Positions 11,504 through 21,798 of a DNA stretch of 61,307 nt are shown here, piece by piece (position 1 is the first letter of the stretch; each line of letters starts with the position of its first letter). The stretch covers positions 7,497-68,803 of the forward strand of contig LFRU01000007.1 in assembly GCA_001512495.1 (NCBI GenBank), given 5' to 3'. The notes under the pieces are model-generated. The model worked only from the letters and a program-made list of their open reading frames with translations, was not told the origin of the DNA and searched no databases. The position numbers and the translations under genes were made by a program. Origin of the DNA: Syntrophothermus sp. DTU052. GTDB taxonomy: Bacteria; Bacillota; Syntrophomonadia; Syntrophomonadales; DTU052.

Positions 11504-11959
11504 AATCAAATGATGGCAAAGGAGAAGTCAGTCAGCGAAGAAACACCACTTATTCCTGCAGCGGAAATCCTGCAGGATTTCCGCCTTGATTCTCATGTAC
11601 AGTCTTATTTCCGGCCTATGGTTTCGGCATACCTTTACGGTGAGCCCTCTTGCCTATGTAACCTGTACCAGTATAGTAGGGAGTATTGTTGGTGAGAATC
11701 TATTCTGAGTTACCACGATCCTGTCTAAATCTATTGGAGCCGATTATGCGATAACCTCATTCTGTAATTGCCCCAGATGAAAGGAATTGGATAATCAGGG
11801 TGTTCTTTTTGCATCAGATACCAAAACTGATATCATCTCCTGTCCACGAAGGTATTGATGCGTAACCGTCGACTCTGGATATTATTGCTGTACCGCAGAT
11901 GGCAGCATAAATATAAGGCTTGAGTAATAACCGCTTGCCCAAGAGAGGAGGAAACTTGC

Positions 11960-13216
11960 TTGAATCTTGCAGACTTAGAGAACAAAACCATGGTGGAGCT
12001 GTACCAGATTGCCAAGGACTTAAACCTGGTCGGTTTTTACAAGCTCCGCAAAAAAGAACTGGTTTTCGAAATCATGAAAGCCCTTACCCACTCCAACGAA
12101 CTGTTGTCAGCATCGGGGATTCTTGAGGTATTGCCTGACGGCTACGGATTTCTGAGGCCCTTTGCCTATGTTCCCAGCCAGGACGACATTTATGTTTCAC
12201 CTTCCCAGATCCGTAAGTTTGACTTGAAAACGGGAGACAAGGTTGCCGGTCAGGTGAGACCGCCCAAGGATAATGAACGTTTTTTTGCCTTGCTCAAAGT
12301 GGAATCGGTTAACGGTTTTCCACCGGACGAAGCTTCGAAACGGATTTATTTTGATGCCCTGACCCCCCTGCATCCCAACGAGAGGTTTCGCCTGGAGACA
12401 GTATCCAGCGAGCTGGGCACCCGTATGATCGATCTGGTTTGCCCGGTGGGCAAAGGCCAGCGGGGCCTTATTGTTGCACCGCCCAAGGCCGGGAAGACGG
12501 TTCTGCTGCAGAAGATTGCCAATGCCATTACCAAGAACCATCCCGAGGTGGAATTGATGATCCTGCTCATTGATGAGCGTCCGGAAGAGGTAACTGATAT
12601 GCAGCGGTCGGTTAATGCCGAGGTTACCGGTTCCACCTTTGATGAACCGCCGGAAAACCACGTCAAGGTCGCGGATATGGTTCTGGAGAGGGCCAAGCGG
12701 TTGGTGGAACATAAACAGGATGTGGTCATACTGCTGGACAGCCTCACCCGACTGGCCCGGGCTCACAACCTGGTGGTGCCCCAGAGCGGCAGAACCTTAT
12801 CCGGGGGTCTGGATCCCGCAGCCCTCCATAAACCCAAAAGGTTTTTCGGAGCTGCGCGCAACATTGAAGAAGGGGGAAGCCTGACTATTCTGGCCACCGC
12901 CCTGGTAGAAACCGGCTCCCGGATGGATGAAGTAATATTTGAGGAATTCAAGGGAACCGGCAACTGGGAATTAGTGTTGGATCGCCGTCTGTCCGAGAGA
13001 AGGATCTTCCCGGCGATAGATCTTAAACGTTCCGGCACCAGAAAGGAAGAACTGCTGATGACTAAAGAGGAATTGGAGCTGAACTGGAACCTGCGCCGGA
13101 TGTTTGCCAACTATCAGACGGTAGAGACTATGGAAGTTATGACCGAGACCCTTCGCAAGACCAAGTCAAACGGGGACCTGCTTCGGGTGGCGCCTATTGT
13201 ATTTTCTGAGAAATGA
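11960..13216 (+). CDS. rho: Transcription termination factor Rho
   Basis: Rho N-terminus '[21 protein letters not shown]', RNA-binding 'GFLR', Walker A 'APPKAGKT'. TTG start after SD AGAGGAGG. Confidence 0.95.
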   Translation: MNLADLENKTMVELYQIAKDLNLVGFYKLRKKELVFEIMKALTHSNELLSASGILEVLPDGYGFLRPFAYVPSQDDIYVSPSQIRKFDLKTGDKVAGQVRPPKDNERFFALLKVESVNGFPPDEASKRIYFDALTPLHPNERFRLETVSSELGTRMIDLVCPVGKGQRGLIVAPPKAGKTVLLQKIANAITKNHPEVELMILLIDERPEEVTDMQRSVNAEVTGSTFDEPPENHVKVADMVLERAKRLVEHKQDVVILLDSLTRLARAHNLVVPQSGRTLSGGLDPAALHKPKRFFGAARNIEEGGSLTILATALVETGSRMDEVIFEEFKGTGNWELVLDRRLSERRIFPAIDLKRSGTRKEELLMTKEELELNWNLRRMFANYQTVETMEVMTETLRKTKSNGDLLRVAPIVFSEK

Positions 13217-13296
13217 TCCAAAGAAAAGCGAATATAAGGAACCATCCTTGGCAAAAATAGGGGTAATTGACCCTAATTTTGTTGAAGGTGGTTATA

Positions 13297-14142
13297 ATGG
13301 CAAAAAGAACCATATTGCTGGTAACGCTGGCAGCGTTTGTTCTGACAATCTGTCCATCATCGGTAATCGCGGGATGGTCGGAGGACAGTTTTGCGCCCAG
13401 CACGCTATCAGTTACCAGCGATAGCCTGGTTAGAAGGTACCTGGTGCAAAAAGGTGACACGGTATCGGAGATAGCCCGTTCTATGGGTTTGGATGCCAGC
13501 ATTATCATGGCCATGAACAACCTGGAAGCCGGCAGCGTCATTCAGGAGGGACAGTATCTGGATATACCGGGAGACCGGCAGAGGCTGCACCGGGTAAAGG
13601 CCGGAGAATGCATGTGGGAAATTGCACGGATGTACCAGGTCAGCCTCAATCAGCTCATTGCGGCCAATACCCAGATCAAGGATCCCTCGTTGTTGCGAGT
13701 AGGAGAAATGATAAAGATACCTTCTCATTCCGGCCTGACTGCTGCAGCTATGGCTCAACCCTCTCGAGGTTTTCGTGGTCTCTTTGCCTGGCCGGTATTT
13801 GGAAAGATCACCTCTGGATACGGTTGGAGGAAGAGTGAATTTCATCATGGCTTGGATATTGCCTGTCCGGTTGGAACCCCTATCCGAGCCGCCCAGGCCG
13901 GTGTGGTGGTCTTTTCCGGCACCAAATCGGTTTACGGCAAGACGGTAATCATCCGGCATACAAACGGCATGGAGACCCTGTATGCCCATAACTCAAAGAA
14001 CATGGTAAAAGTGGGGCAGCAGGTGAAAAAGGGGCAGGTTATTGCCCTGGTCGGAGTAACCGGACGTACTACCGGACCGCACCTGCATTTCCAGGTAAAC
14101 TACAACGGGGGAACGCTGAACCCCAGTGAATACTTGAGGTGA
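13297..14142 (+). CDS. Secreted/anchored LysM(x2)-M23 metallopeptidase
   Basis: Signal-anchor 'MAKRTILLVTLAAFVL'. Two LysM repeats ('YLVQKGDTVSEIA...YLDIP', 'HRVKAGECMWEIA...MIKIP'). M23 motifs 'HHGLDIA' and 'GPHLHFQV'. Confidence 0.85.
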   Translation: MAKRTILLVTLAAFVLTICPSSVIAGWSEDSFAPSTLSVTSDSLVRRYLVQKGDTVSEIARSMGLDASIIMAMNNLEAGSVIQEGQYLDIPGDRQRLHRVKAGECMWEIARMYQVSLNQLIAANTQIKDPSLLRVGEMIKIPSHSGLTAAAMAQPSRGFRGLFAWPVFGKITSGYGWRKSEFHHGLDIACPVGTPIRAAQAGVVVFSGTKSVYGKTVIIRHTNGMETLYAHNSKNMVKVGQQVKKGQVIALVGVTGRTTGPHLHFQVNYNGGTLNPSEYLR

Positions 14143-14420
14143 TTCCCCTCGTATGGCTGGGCAGGTCCCCGCGGTTTTCCCGACCAGGGGACTTGTTGTA
14201 TTATAGAGCCATAGCATCGCCAACAGAAATACCCCCACCGTGAAGGTGCATATACTGCATGGTTTTACCCCTTAGGTTCGAAAATGAGACCGGCCATGGG
14301 TCTTTATGGGGAAGAAGCAAGAGGGCTTATGAGGAACGGGCTCCGGTGCTTCTGCGGTTGGTACCTGATGATGTCCATAGGCGGGAGGTTAAAAGGACCG
14401 GAGCAGCGGGGGAGGATTAA

Positions 14421-15695
14421 ATGTTTAGTACTCTGTATTCAGACCGGAACGGCAGGATATGGGAGGACAAGCACCTGGCGTTCCTGGGACGTAGTGGGCA
14501 GCAGTGGGTTGAAGCGGAAGAGGAAGATCTGATAACCTTGCCTGCAGGTTGTTCTTTAGTTATGGTTCCCGGTCATTATCCGGTTGGGATAGACATTGAT
14601 GATAAGGTCAACTGCCGTGAAAAGACCCCACAGGGCGTCCCGGCAGTTGCTTTGGCCTGCCTCCTGCCCCAGGGGTTTACCAGGACTCTCCTGCCGGCCA
14701 CCGTTGCTCCCCGGGGCGCGGCGGAGATCCCGATTCTTGGCTACACGGCGGTGGCGGGGATGAAAAACCAAGTGATGGCGGCTGCGATACCCACCGATGA
14801 ACACCGCAAATGGCACCCTGAGCGTTATAACACCCCGGATTTGGAGCAGATGGTTGAGTCCCGGCTGGGACAGTTTCCCCGAAACCGGATCCTGCGCCAG
14901 TTAGCGCACTGCAGTTTGCATTATTCATGTTTTACGGCCCAGAATATATTTTACCGGCGATGGGAGGGCGGAATACCTACTACCTCCCGCTGCAATGCCC
15001 GCTGCCTGGGGTGTATCTCGCGCGGACATACCTCAGTCCCCTCACCTCAGGAAAGGTTGGGCTTTAGACCGACCGCGGAAGAGATTGTCGAGGTGGCTTG
15101 CTACCACCTGGAAATGGCTCCGGAAGCGATAATCAGCTTTGGCCAGGGGTGCGAGGGTGAACCGGCACTTAATGCGGATCTGATTGCTTCGGCAATAGAA
15201 ATCGTGAGAGGGATTACTGACCGGGGTTGTATCAATATCAACACCAATGCAGGCTGCACCGCCGGGATAAAAAAGCTGGTGGACGCCGGGTTGGATGCTA
15301 TCCGGGTGACCCTCCTGTCAGCCCGGGAAGAAGATTATTTGGCCTATCATCAACCGACAGGGTACCGTTTCCGTGACGTTGAGCGCTCCATATCCTATGC
15401 GCAGGATAAAGGGGTTTATACATCTCTCAATCTCCTTACCATCCCTGGTTTTACCGACTCGGAAGAACAGGTGGAGGCGGTGGCTCGACTGGTTCACAAT
15501 ACTGGAATACATATGATCCAGTTACGGAACCTCAATATCGACCCGGACTTATTCTTTGACCGGATACCCCTACGATCAACAGCCCTGGGGGTTCGGCGGA
15601 TGATAGACGTCTTTCAGCAGGAGGGAATCCGGGTGGCCTCGTATACCCACCCCGCCCGCCGGGGAAAAGGCCTGAACGACAGCACGACCGCCTGA
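14421..15695 (+). CDS. Radical SAM protein with an uncharacterised ~190-aa N-terminal domain
   Basis: Canonical CX3CX2C 'CNARCLGC' near residue 200; SD GGGGGAGG lies upstream of the ATG. Confidence 0.8.
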   Translation: MFSTLYSDRNGRIWEDKHLAFLGRSGQQWVEAEEEDLITLPAGCSLVMVPGHYPVGIDIDDKVNCREKTPQGVPAVALACLLPQGFTRTLLPATVAPRGAAEIPILGYTAVAGMKNQVMAAAIPTDEHRKWHPERYNTPDLEQMVESRLGQFPRNRILRQLAHCSLHYSCFTAQNIFYRRWEGGIPTTSRCNARCLGCISRGHTSVPSPQERLGFRPTAEEIVEVACYHLEMAPEAIISFGQGCEGEPALNADLIASAIEIVRGITDRGCININTNAGCTAGIKKLVDAGLDAIRVTLLSAREEDYLAYHQPTGYRFRDVERSISYAQDKGVYTSLNLLTIPGFTDSEEQVEAVARLVHNTGIHMIQLRNLNIDPDLFFDRIPLRSTALGVRRMIDVFQQEGIRVASYTHPARRGKGLNDSTTA

Positions 15696-15849
15696 AGGTG
15701 GCGGGGGCTGTGTCTTGACCATATCCGATATTAGAGCGGGACAATATGACTCCTGATGAATTTGATCATCATGACATATTCACCATATTTGTAGTAGGAT
15801 AATAGGGTGACATTAACAAAGAGCTGTATACCGGACCTGTTCATAATTA

Positions 15850-15878
15850 TTGTATTTTGAGTGGCGAATTGATATAAT
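15850..15878 (+). promoter_or_regulatory. Sigma-A promoter for rpmE
   Basis: TTGTAT (15850-15855) - 17 nt - TATAAT (15873-15878), with an extended -10 TG (TGaTATAAT). Confidence 0.65.
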
Positions 15879-15918
15879 AATCCTCGCGGTAATTAGAGGA
15901 TAGGAAGAGGTGAGAACC

Positions 15919-16122
15919 GTGAAAGAGAATATACATCCCCCATACTTTCGGACTACGGTGACCTGTGCATGCGGCAACAGCTTTGAAACCGGGTCTACCA
16001 AGGAGAATCTCAAGGTTGAGGTCTGTTCAAAGTGTCACCCGTTTTATACCGGAAGCAGGTCGAGAATAGTAGACAAAGGCGGTAGGGTGGAAACATTCAA
16101 GAGAAAGTACGGGTTGAAATAA
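15919..16122 (+). CDS. rpmE: 50S ribosomal protein L31 (Zn-ribbon type)
   Basis: 'KENIHPPYF...CACGNSF...[10 protein letters not shown]' carries the CxxC...CxxC motifs. GTG 15919 lies 7 nt after SD GAGGTG. Confidence 0.9.
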   Translation: MKENIHPPYFRTTVTCACGNSFETGSTKENLKVEVCSKCHPFYTGSRSRIVDKGGRVETFKRKYGLK

Positions 16123-16123
16123 A

Positions 16124-16151
16124 AATAGCAGAGTTAACTCTGCTATTTTTC
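16124..16151 (+). terminator. Intrinsic terminator after rpmE
   Basis: AATAGCAGAG-TTAA-CTCTGCTATT followed by TTTT. Confidence 0.8.
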
Positions 16152-16165
16152 TTAGGAGAAAAAAG

Positions 16166-17029
16166 ATGGGGTCTAATTTCCAGTATGGCGGCCAGGCCGT
16201 TATCGAGGGAGTATTGATGAGAGGCCCTAATTCAGTAGCGGTGGCGGTGCGCAAGCCGGATGGGGAAATCGTGGTTGAGACTCAGCCCCAGGATCTCCTG
16301 TGGAAAAAAAACAGATTCCTGGGTTTGCCGTTTATACGCGGCACGGTGGTGCTTATCGACTCGCTGATAATCGGGTTAAGGGGTCTGAACAGATCGGCAG
16401 TTCTGGCGGAAGAAGAAGAACCGCTTACCGATGCCGAGATATTATGGACCGGTATCATAGCTGCGGTGCTGGCGGTAGTATTATTTCTGGTTTTGCCCAC
16501 CGGGGTTGTTCATTACACCCGAGATATGATCGGCGGGGTTTGGGCACAAAACCTGGTTGAGGGCATACTACGTATTCTTGTATTCCTCGGCTATGTAATA
16601 GCCATATCCCGTATTGAGGAGATAAAGAGGGTATTCATGTATCACGGGGCTGAGCACAAAGCCATTCACACCCTGGAAGCAGGATACCCGCTCAGTGTAG
16701 AAAATGCCAGGGATCAATCCATTCTGCATCCGCGCTGTGGAACGAGTTTTTTGCTGCTGGTTATGGTCCTGACCATTATTGTATTTGCGGCGCTGGGGGA
16801 GGGTTCACTCTGGTGGCGGGTTCTGTCACGGTTGGCGGTATTCCCGGTGGTTGCAGGCCTCGGCTATGAATTAATTAAATTGACCAGCCGCTATGCGGAC
16901 CGGAGATGGGCAACATGCCTGATGACACCGGGTCTGTGGTTACAGAAACTTACTACAGGAGAGCCTGACGAAGCGCAGATGGAAGTGGCCTTGCAGGCCT
17001 TAAAGGCAGTAGTTCCTACTACCGACTAG
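16166..17029 (+). CDS. DUF1385-family membrane protein (commonly upstream of prfA/prmC)
   Basis: '[14 protein letters not shown]' N-terminus, 'YHGAEHKAI' motif and several TM helices. Confidence 0.8.
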   Translation: MGSNFQYGGQAVIEGVLMRGPNSVAVAVRKPDGEIVVETQPQDLLWKKNRFLGLPFIRGTVVLIDSLIIGLRGLNRSAVLAEEEEPLTDAEILWTGIIAAVLAVVLFLVLPTGVVHYTRDMIGGVWAQNLVEGILRILVFLGYVIAISRIEEIKRVFMYHGAEHKAIHTLEAGYPLSVENARDQSILHPRCGTSFLLLVMVLTIIVFAALGEGSLWWRVLSRLAVFPVVAGLGYELIKLTSRYADRRWATCLMTPGLWLQKLTTGEPDEAQMEVALQALKAVVPTTD

Positions 17030-17051
17030 TGATGGACGAGGGATGAAAGCT

Positions 17052-18125
17052 ATGCTTGATAAACTAAAGAGTCTAGAAGAAAAGTATCTAGAGCTTTCCG
17101 AGATGCTGTCGCAGCCGGATACAGTATCAGATCTTTCCAGGTATCAGAAACTCAGCAAGGCATTGTCTGATCTGACTGATATAGTCAACGCCTACCGCGA
17201 CTACAAAGAGGTCCTGCATAACATCGAGGAAGCGGAGAGTCTTCTACGAGAGAACCTCGAGTCGGATTTCCGGGAGTTGGTGGAGCAGGAGCTTGATGAA
17301 AACCGGGAGCGGAAAGCAGACCTGGAAAGAATGCTTCAGATGCTGCTTCTGCCGAAGGATCCCAACGATGACAAGAACGTTATCATGGAGATCCGAGCCG
17401 GGACTGGAGGTGAAGAGGCGGCTTTATTTGCGGCCACCCTTTTCAGGATGTATTCCCGGTATGCAGAAAGGCAGGGCTGGAAAACGGATATAATGGATGT
17501 CAGTTATTCCGATCTTAATGGGTTTAAGGAAATCATTTTTGTGATTGAAGGCAAGGGTGCCTACAGCCGGCTCAAGTATGAATCCGGGGTCCACCGGGTC
17601 CAGAGGATACCGGTAACTGAGTCCGGGGGAAGGATCCACACCTCGGCGGCTACGGTTGCAGTCCTGCCGGAGGCCGAAGAGGTTGAGTTGGAAATCAACC
17701 CCAACGATCTGCGCATAGATCTTTATTGTTCCAGTGGACCGGGAGGACAGTCAGTAAATACAACCCAATCCGCGGTACGTATAACTCATATTCCTAGCGG
17801 GTTGGTAGTAACCTGTCAGGATGAGAAGTCGCAGCACAAAAATAAAGACAAGGCTATGCGGGTCCTCCGAGCCCGCCTCTTGGAGATGACCAAGGCGGAA
17901 AAGGAGGCGGAGATCGCAGATACCCGCAGGGGTATGGTTGGAACCGGAGACCGCAGTGAGAGAATCAGGACCTACAACTACCCCCAGGGCAGGGTTACCG
18001 ATCACCGCGCCGGACTGACCCTACACAAACTGGACGCCGTGCTGGAAGGGGATCTGGACGAGATCATCAACGCCTTGGTCACTCAGGACCAGACTGAGAA
18101 ACTGAAACAGGTGGATCAAGATTGA
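17052..18125 (+). CDS. prfA: Peptide chain release factor 1
   Basis: 'PVTES' (PxT-type stop-codon recognition) and '[10 protein letters not shown]' (GGQ) motifs. ATG 17052 has better SD spacing than ATG 17043. Confidence 0.95.
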   Translation: MLDKLKSLEEKYLELSEMLSQPDTVSDLSRYQKLSKALSDLTDIVNAYRDYKEVLHNIEEAESLLRENLESDFRELVEQELDENRERKADLERMLQMLLLPKDPNDDKNVIMEIRAGTGGEEAALFAATLFRMYSRYAERQGWKTDIMDVSYSDLNGFKEIIFVIEGKGAYSRLKYESGVHRVQRIPVTESGGRIHTSAATVAVLPEAEEVELEINPNDLRIDLYCSSGPGGQSVNTTQSAVRITHIPSGLVVTCQDEKSQHKNKDKAMRVLRARLLEMTKAEKEAEIADTRRGMVGTGDRSERIRTYNYPQGRVTDHRAGLTLHKLDAVLEGDLDEIINALVTQDQTEKLKQVDQD

Positions 18126-18982
18126 GCAGGGAATGGACGGTACAGGATCTTCTGAGCTGGACGAAAAGTCACTTTGAGGGCCTGGGAATCGCAGAACCTC
18201 GACTTGAAGCCGAGGTTCTTTTGGCTCATGCTTTAAGTCTCGACCGTCTGGGGCTCTATATCCAGCATGACCGACCGGCCAACCAGGAGGAACGGGCGTC
18301 TTTCAGAGAAATGGTCAGGAGAAGGGTTAAGGGAGAACCGACTGCTTATATTACCGGTCAGAAGGAGTTCATGTCGCTGCCGTTTCGGGTCGACCGGCGG
18401 GTACTGATTCCCCGCCCGGATACTGAGATTCTGGTGGAAGAGAGTATACGTCTGTTAAGAGGGTATAAAGGAGAGGTAAAGGTTCTGGATGTTGGAACCG
18501 GAAGTGGGGCCATAGCCATCAGCATAGCCAAGTATGTTCCTCAGGCCCTGGTTTACGGGGTGGACATAAGTGAAGAAGCGCTCGAGGTGGCAAAGGCCAA
18601 TGCTGTTCTGAACGGGGTCGCAAACCGGGTATTCTTCTATCACAGCGACCTTTTGGATTCAGTAACCTCCGGTACGTTCCAGTTGATTGCCGCCAACCTG
18701 CCCTATATACCTTCAGAAAAAATGAAAGATCTGCCCCCGGAAGTCCGCGAATATGAGCCGCGGGAAGCTCTTGATGGGGGGGCTGAAGGTCTGACCGTTT
18801 ACAAGAGACTGCTTCCCCAGGCCTGGCAGCATCTGAGTGTACCCGGTTTCCTGCTGCTGGAGGTGGGGGATGCCGGCCAAGCCGAGGAACTCAATCGGTA
18901 TGCCGGTGAGGCTTGGTCGGGTTATTATGTTTTAACGGATCTGGGTCAAAGGGAGCGGGTCCTGGTCCTGAAGAGAGGATAA
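18122..18982 (+). CDS. prmC: Release-factor glutamine N5-methyltransferase PrmC/HemK
   Basis: SAM motif '[13 protein letters not shown]'. Overlaps the prfA stop. The catalytic tetrapeptide reads 'NLPY' rather than NPPY (see findings). Confidence 0.9.
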   Translation: MSREWTVQDLLSWTKSHFEGLGIAEPRLEAEVLLAHALSLDRLGLYIQHDRPANQEERASFREMVRRRVKGEPTAYITGQKEFMSLPFRVDRRVLIPRPDTEILVEESIRLLRGYKGEVKVLDVGTGSGAIAISIAKYVPQALVYGVDISEEALEVAKANAVLNGVANRVFFYHSDLLDSVTSGTFQLIAANLPYIPSEKMKDLPPEVREYEPREALDGGAEGLTVYKRLLPQAWQHLSVPGFLLLEVGDAGQAEELNRYAGEAWSGYYVLTDLGQRERVLVLKRG

Positions 18983-18986
18983 CGAG

Positions 18987-19982
18987 ATGCAGACCGTACA
19001 CCTCAAGGTTGATCCTGACAACCCCAATCCCAGGATTATCGAAATTGCTGCGGCTCTGATCCGGGAAGGTGAAACGGTGGCCTTCCCCACGGAGACCGTG
19101 TACGGGGTAGGAGCCAACGGGTTGGATGAGAAAGCGGTACAAAGAGTATTCAAGGCCAAGCGTCGCCCCCTGAACAATCCCTTGTTGATGCATGTAATGA
19201 GTTGGGAACAGGCCTCATCACTGGTGACCGGCATTTATGAGGAGGTTCTGCTGCTTATAAACAGGTTCTGGCCGGGACCGCTTACTCTGGTGGCCCGGGC
19301 AAACGACCTGGTGCCGCCTCTGGTGACCGCAGGGCTGTCGACGGTGGGCTTGAGGATGCCGGACCACCGGGTGGCCCTTGATCTCATCAAGGCGGCCGGA
19401 GTACCGGTAGCAGCTACCAGTGCCAATCTTTCCGGACGCCCCAGTTCAACTTCCGCCCGCCATGTAATGAAGGATCTCAACGGTCGGATAGCGGGCATTT
19501 TGAATGCCGGGACTACCGGTTGGGGGATTGAATCAACCATACTGGATGTTACCCGTACCCCCTTTACCATCCTGCGACCAGGCGCAATCTCCCGGGAACG
19601 CTTGGAAGAGGTGCTCCCCGGCCTGATCGAGGCCGTGAGGCCGCAGCCGGAAGGAGGAGGCCGAATGCGAGCCGCCCACTATCGACCTGACGCCCAGGTC
19701 ATACCCGTTAAACCGGGGGACAATCTGGCTGAGTTAGCCCAGGCTCAAGCTGCCAAGGGGAAGCGGGTTGGTGTCGTTGTCGCTACTCATCGGGAACTGC
19801 CCACCCTAACCGATCTGGTAGTGGTAATCAATGGTGGCTCTGCTGAATACGGCCGCCGCCTTTACGAAATCTTCCGGATGGCCGACAGTAGAAGGATTGA
19901 ATACCTGTTTATGGAAATCCCCGAAGAAAAGGGATTGGGTGCGGCGGTTGCTGATCGCATATATGAAGCCGCGCGTCGGTGA
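18987..19982 (+). CDS. tsaC: L-threonylcarbamoyladenylate synthase (Sua5/YwlC type, two-domain)
   Basis: 'VAFPTETVYGVGAN' and 'KAKRRPLNNPLLMHV' motifs. The 331-aa length includes a Sua5 C-domain. Confidence 0.9.
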   Translation: MQTVHLKVDPDNPNPRIIEIAAALIREGETVAFPTETVYGVGANGLDEKAVQRVFKAKRRPLNNPLLMHVMSWEQASSLVTGIYEEVLLLINRFWPGPLTLVARANDLVPPLVTAGLSTVGLRMPDHRVALDLIKAAGVPVAATSANLSGRPSSTSARHVMKDLNGRIAGILNAGTTGWGIESTILDVTRTPFTILRPGAISRERLEEVLPGLIEAVRPQPEGGGRMRAAHYRPDAQVIPVKPGDNLAELAQAQAAKGKRVGVVVATHRELPTLTDLVVVINGGSAEYGRRLYEIFRMADSRRIEYLFMEIPEEKGLGAAVADRIYEAARR

Positions 19983-20157
19983 GAACACAACCCAGGCACC
20001 GATTCTCAAGCAGCAAGAGGTCAAAGATGCCTGATACCGGGCAGGAATAATATATATAGAATCAGGTTAGACTGGAATATTTATTAAAGCGTTTAGTCCT
20101 GATAGTGCGCACGTCGGTCCAAAATACGTGAAGGGAGTAATCCGGAATTTGAACAGC

Positions 20158-20736
20158 ATGATAGAGGTTTTTGCCGTTGCGGTAGCGCTGGGACTTGATG
20201 CCTTTTCGGTTGCACTGGGGTTGGGATTGTCAGGCGTTTCCCGTTATTACCGGACGCGGTTTATTGGCACAGTGGCTTTGCTCCATGTGGCCATGCCCCT
20301 TCTGGGACTGTACTTGGGACTAGCCGCGGGTAGTTTTATGGGGAAATGGGCTGCTATTGCCGGAGCCATAGTTTTAGCTTATATTGGTTTTCAGATGATA
20401 AGAGAGGGCCTGCAGAGCTATCAAACCACAGCCAGGTTTTCCGAGGCCCGTAAAAAGCTGTTTAATAATAAAGAACCGGAGACCAGCCTGGGGGGGTGGT
20501 CATCAGTTCTGGTTCTAGGGTTGTCAGTCAGTGTTGACGCCCTGGCTGTCGGGTTCGGTCTGGGTACCGCCAGGGTTCCTGTACTCTACACGGTAGTGAC
20601 GACTGGAATCGTAGCCGGAGTCATGACGGGCCTGGGCTGGCTGGGTGGCAAATACTTCAGCGATCTGGTGGGGAAGAGAGCACAGGCGGCAGGAGGGATA
20701 CTCCTGTTCCTGATGGCGATTAAAATGCTTCTGTAG
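20158..20736 (+). CDS. mntP: Manganese efflux pump MntP (YwlD-like)
   Basis: Duplicated 'LGLDAFSVALGLG' / 'VSVDALAVGFGLG' half-repeats and about 6 TM helices. Start set at ATG 20158 by N-terminal similarity logic; no clear SD for either candidate start. Confidence 0.75.
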   Translation: MIEVFAVAVALGLDAFSVALGLGLSGVSRYYRTRFIGTVALLHVAMPLLGLYLGLAAGSFMGKWAAIAGAIVLAYIGFQMIREGLQSYQTTARFSEARKKLFNNKEPETSLGGWSSVLVLGLSVSVDALAVGFGLGTARVPVLYTVVTTGIVAGVMTGLGWLGGKYFSDLVGKRAQAAGGILLFLMAIKMLL

Positions 20737-20747
20737 GGGGGGTGCTC

Positions 20748-21215
20748 ATGAAGAGGCTTGTATTTATCTGTTCCGGCAACACCTGTAGGAGTCCAATGGC
20801 CAAGGGCCTTTTGATAAAACACCTGGAAGAACGAAATCCTGAGTTAAGGGATAAAATTGAGGTGGTAACTGCAGGCACCTATCCCCATCCGGGGGATACG
20901 GCCTCACCCGGTGCCAGGGAGGCCATGGAGGAGGTTGGGATTGATATTTCCAATCATCGAGCCCAGCCGGTGACCGAAGAGATGCTGGCAGCGGCTGATC
21001 TGATTCTCACCATGACCAGGGCCCACCGTGATTACCTTACCCGGATATATGGGGAAGACAACCGGATACACTCCCTTTATGAGTTCCTGGGACAGGATGG
21101 GGATGTTCTCGATCCCTACGGGGGAGATTCGGATACATATCGTGCCTGCAGGGACGAACTCCGGCAATTGATGGAAATGCTGGTGGAAAAGCTGGAAAAT
21201 GAATTATTATATTAG
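20748..21215 (+). CDS. ywlE: Low-molecular-weight phosphatase, YwlE-type protein arginine phosphatase
   Basis: CX5R(S) P-loop 'CSGNTCRSPMA' and 'DPYG' motif. Same position as B. subtilis ywlE (ywlC-ywlD-ywlE-ywlF-glyA). Confidence 0.85.
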   Translation: MKRLVFICSGNTCRSPMAKGLLIKHLEERNPELRDKIEVVTAGTYPHPGDTASPGAREAMEEVGIDISNHRAQPVTEEMLAAADLILTMTRAHRDYLTRIYGEDNRIHSLYEFLGQDGDVLDPYGGDSDTYRACRDELRQLMEMLVEKLENELLY

Positions 21216-21336
21216 AATACGGGTGAAGTGAAAAACCAGTCCCATAACCCGAAACCGGAGGATGCCCCGGAACTTAACGAATCGCTCGGTTAAAAGGACT
21301 GGTACCGGTAGTTGTTGAGAGCTATGAGGTGGTAGG

Positions 21337-21798
21337 ATGCGTTTGTTGATTGGAAGCGATCATGCCGGATATGCCCTTAAAGAGCACCTGAAAACAGTTA
21401 TGGCCGCCTGGGGTCACCAGGTAGATGATGCAGGCTGTTACGGCGAAGAACCGGTTGACTACCCTGATATCGCGGAAAAGGTGGTTTTGGGCATAAAGGG
21501 CGGACAGGCTGATCTGGGACTCCTTGTTTGCGGCACCGGTCAGGGTATGGCCATGGTTGCCAACAAGGTCCCCGGGATAAGGGCGGCCGTATGCAATGAC
21601 GAATTTTCAGCCCGGGCGGCCCGTGAACACAACGATGCCAACGTATTGACACTGGGTGCGCGGGTGGTTGGTTCCGGAGTGGCCGCGTCAATCGTCAAAG
21701 GTTTTCTGGAATCAACTTATGCCGGGGGGCGTCACCAGCGACGCCTGGATCTGATTAAGGCCATCGAGAGTAAATATCTGAAACAGGGGGAGAAGTGA
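21337..21798 (+). CDS. rpiB: Ribose-5-phosphate isomerase B
   Basis: 'GSDHAGY.LKE', 'LVCGTGQGMAMVANK' and 'REHNDANVLTLGARV' motifs. Confidence 0.9.
   Translation: MRLLIGSDHAGYALKEHLKTVMAAWGHQVDDAGCYGEEPVDYPDIAEKVVLGIKGGQADLGLLVCGTGQGMAMVANKVPGIRAAVCNDEFSARAAREHNDANVLTLGARVVGSGVAASIVKGFLESTYAGGRHQRRLDLIKAIESKYLKQGEK

Noticed and set aside
11510-11695. 61-aa ORF at the start of the glpX-rho spacer
   Set aside because: It has no SD upstream of the ATG and contains the 24-nt palindrome. Its composition is not protein-like (no motif, Cys/Tyr-rich tail). It is treated as part of a non-coding leader.
14284-14532. 82-aa ORF upstream of and overlapping the radical SAM gene
   Set aside because: It overlaps the radical SAM start, which has a good SD (GGGGGAGG). 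The product is Gly/Arg/Cys-rich without motifs.
19983-20157. Possible yybP-ykoY manganese riboswitch in front of mntP
   Set aside because: I looked for the conserved GGGGAGUAG 5' element and the ...GACAUA.../...AGACC 3' elements. Only a weak 'GGGAGTAA' at 20133 is present and there is no matching 3' half. It could be rechecked with cmsearch (RF00080).
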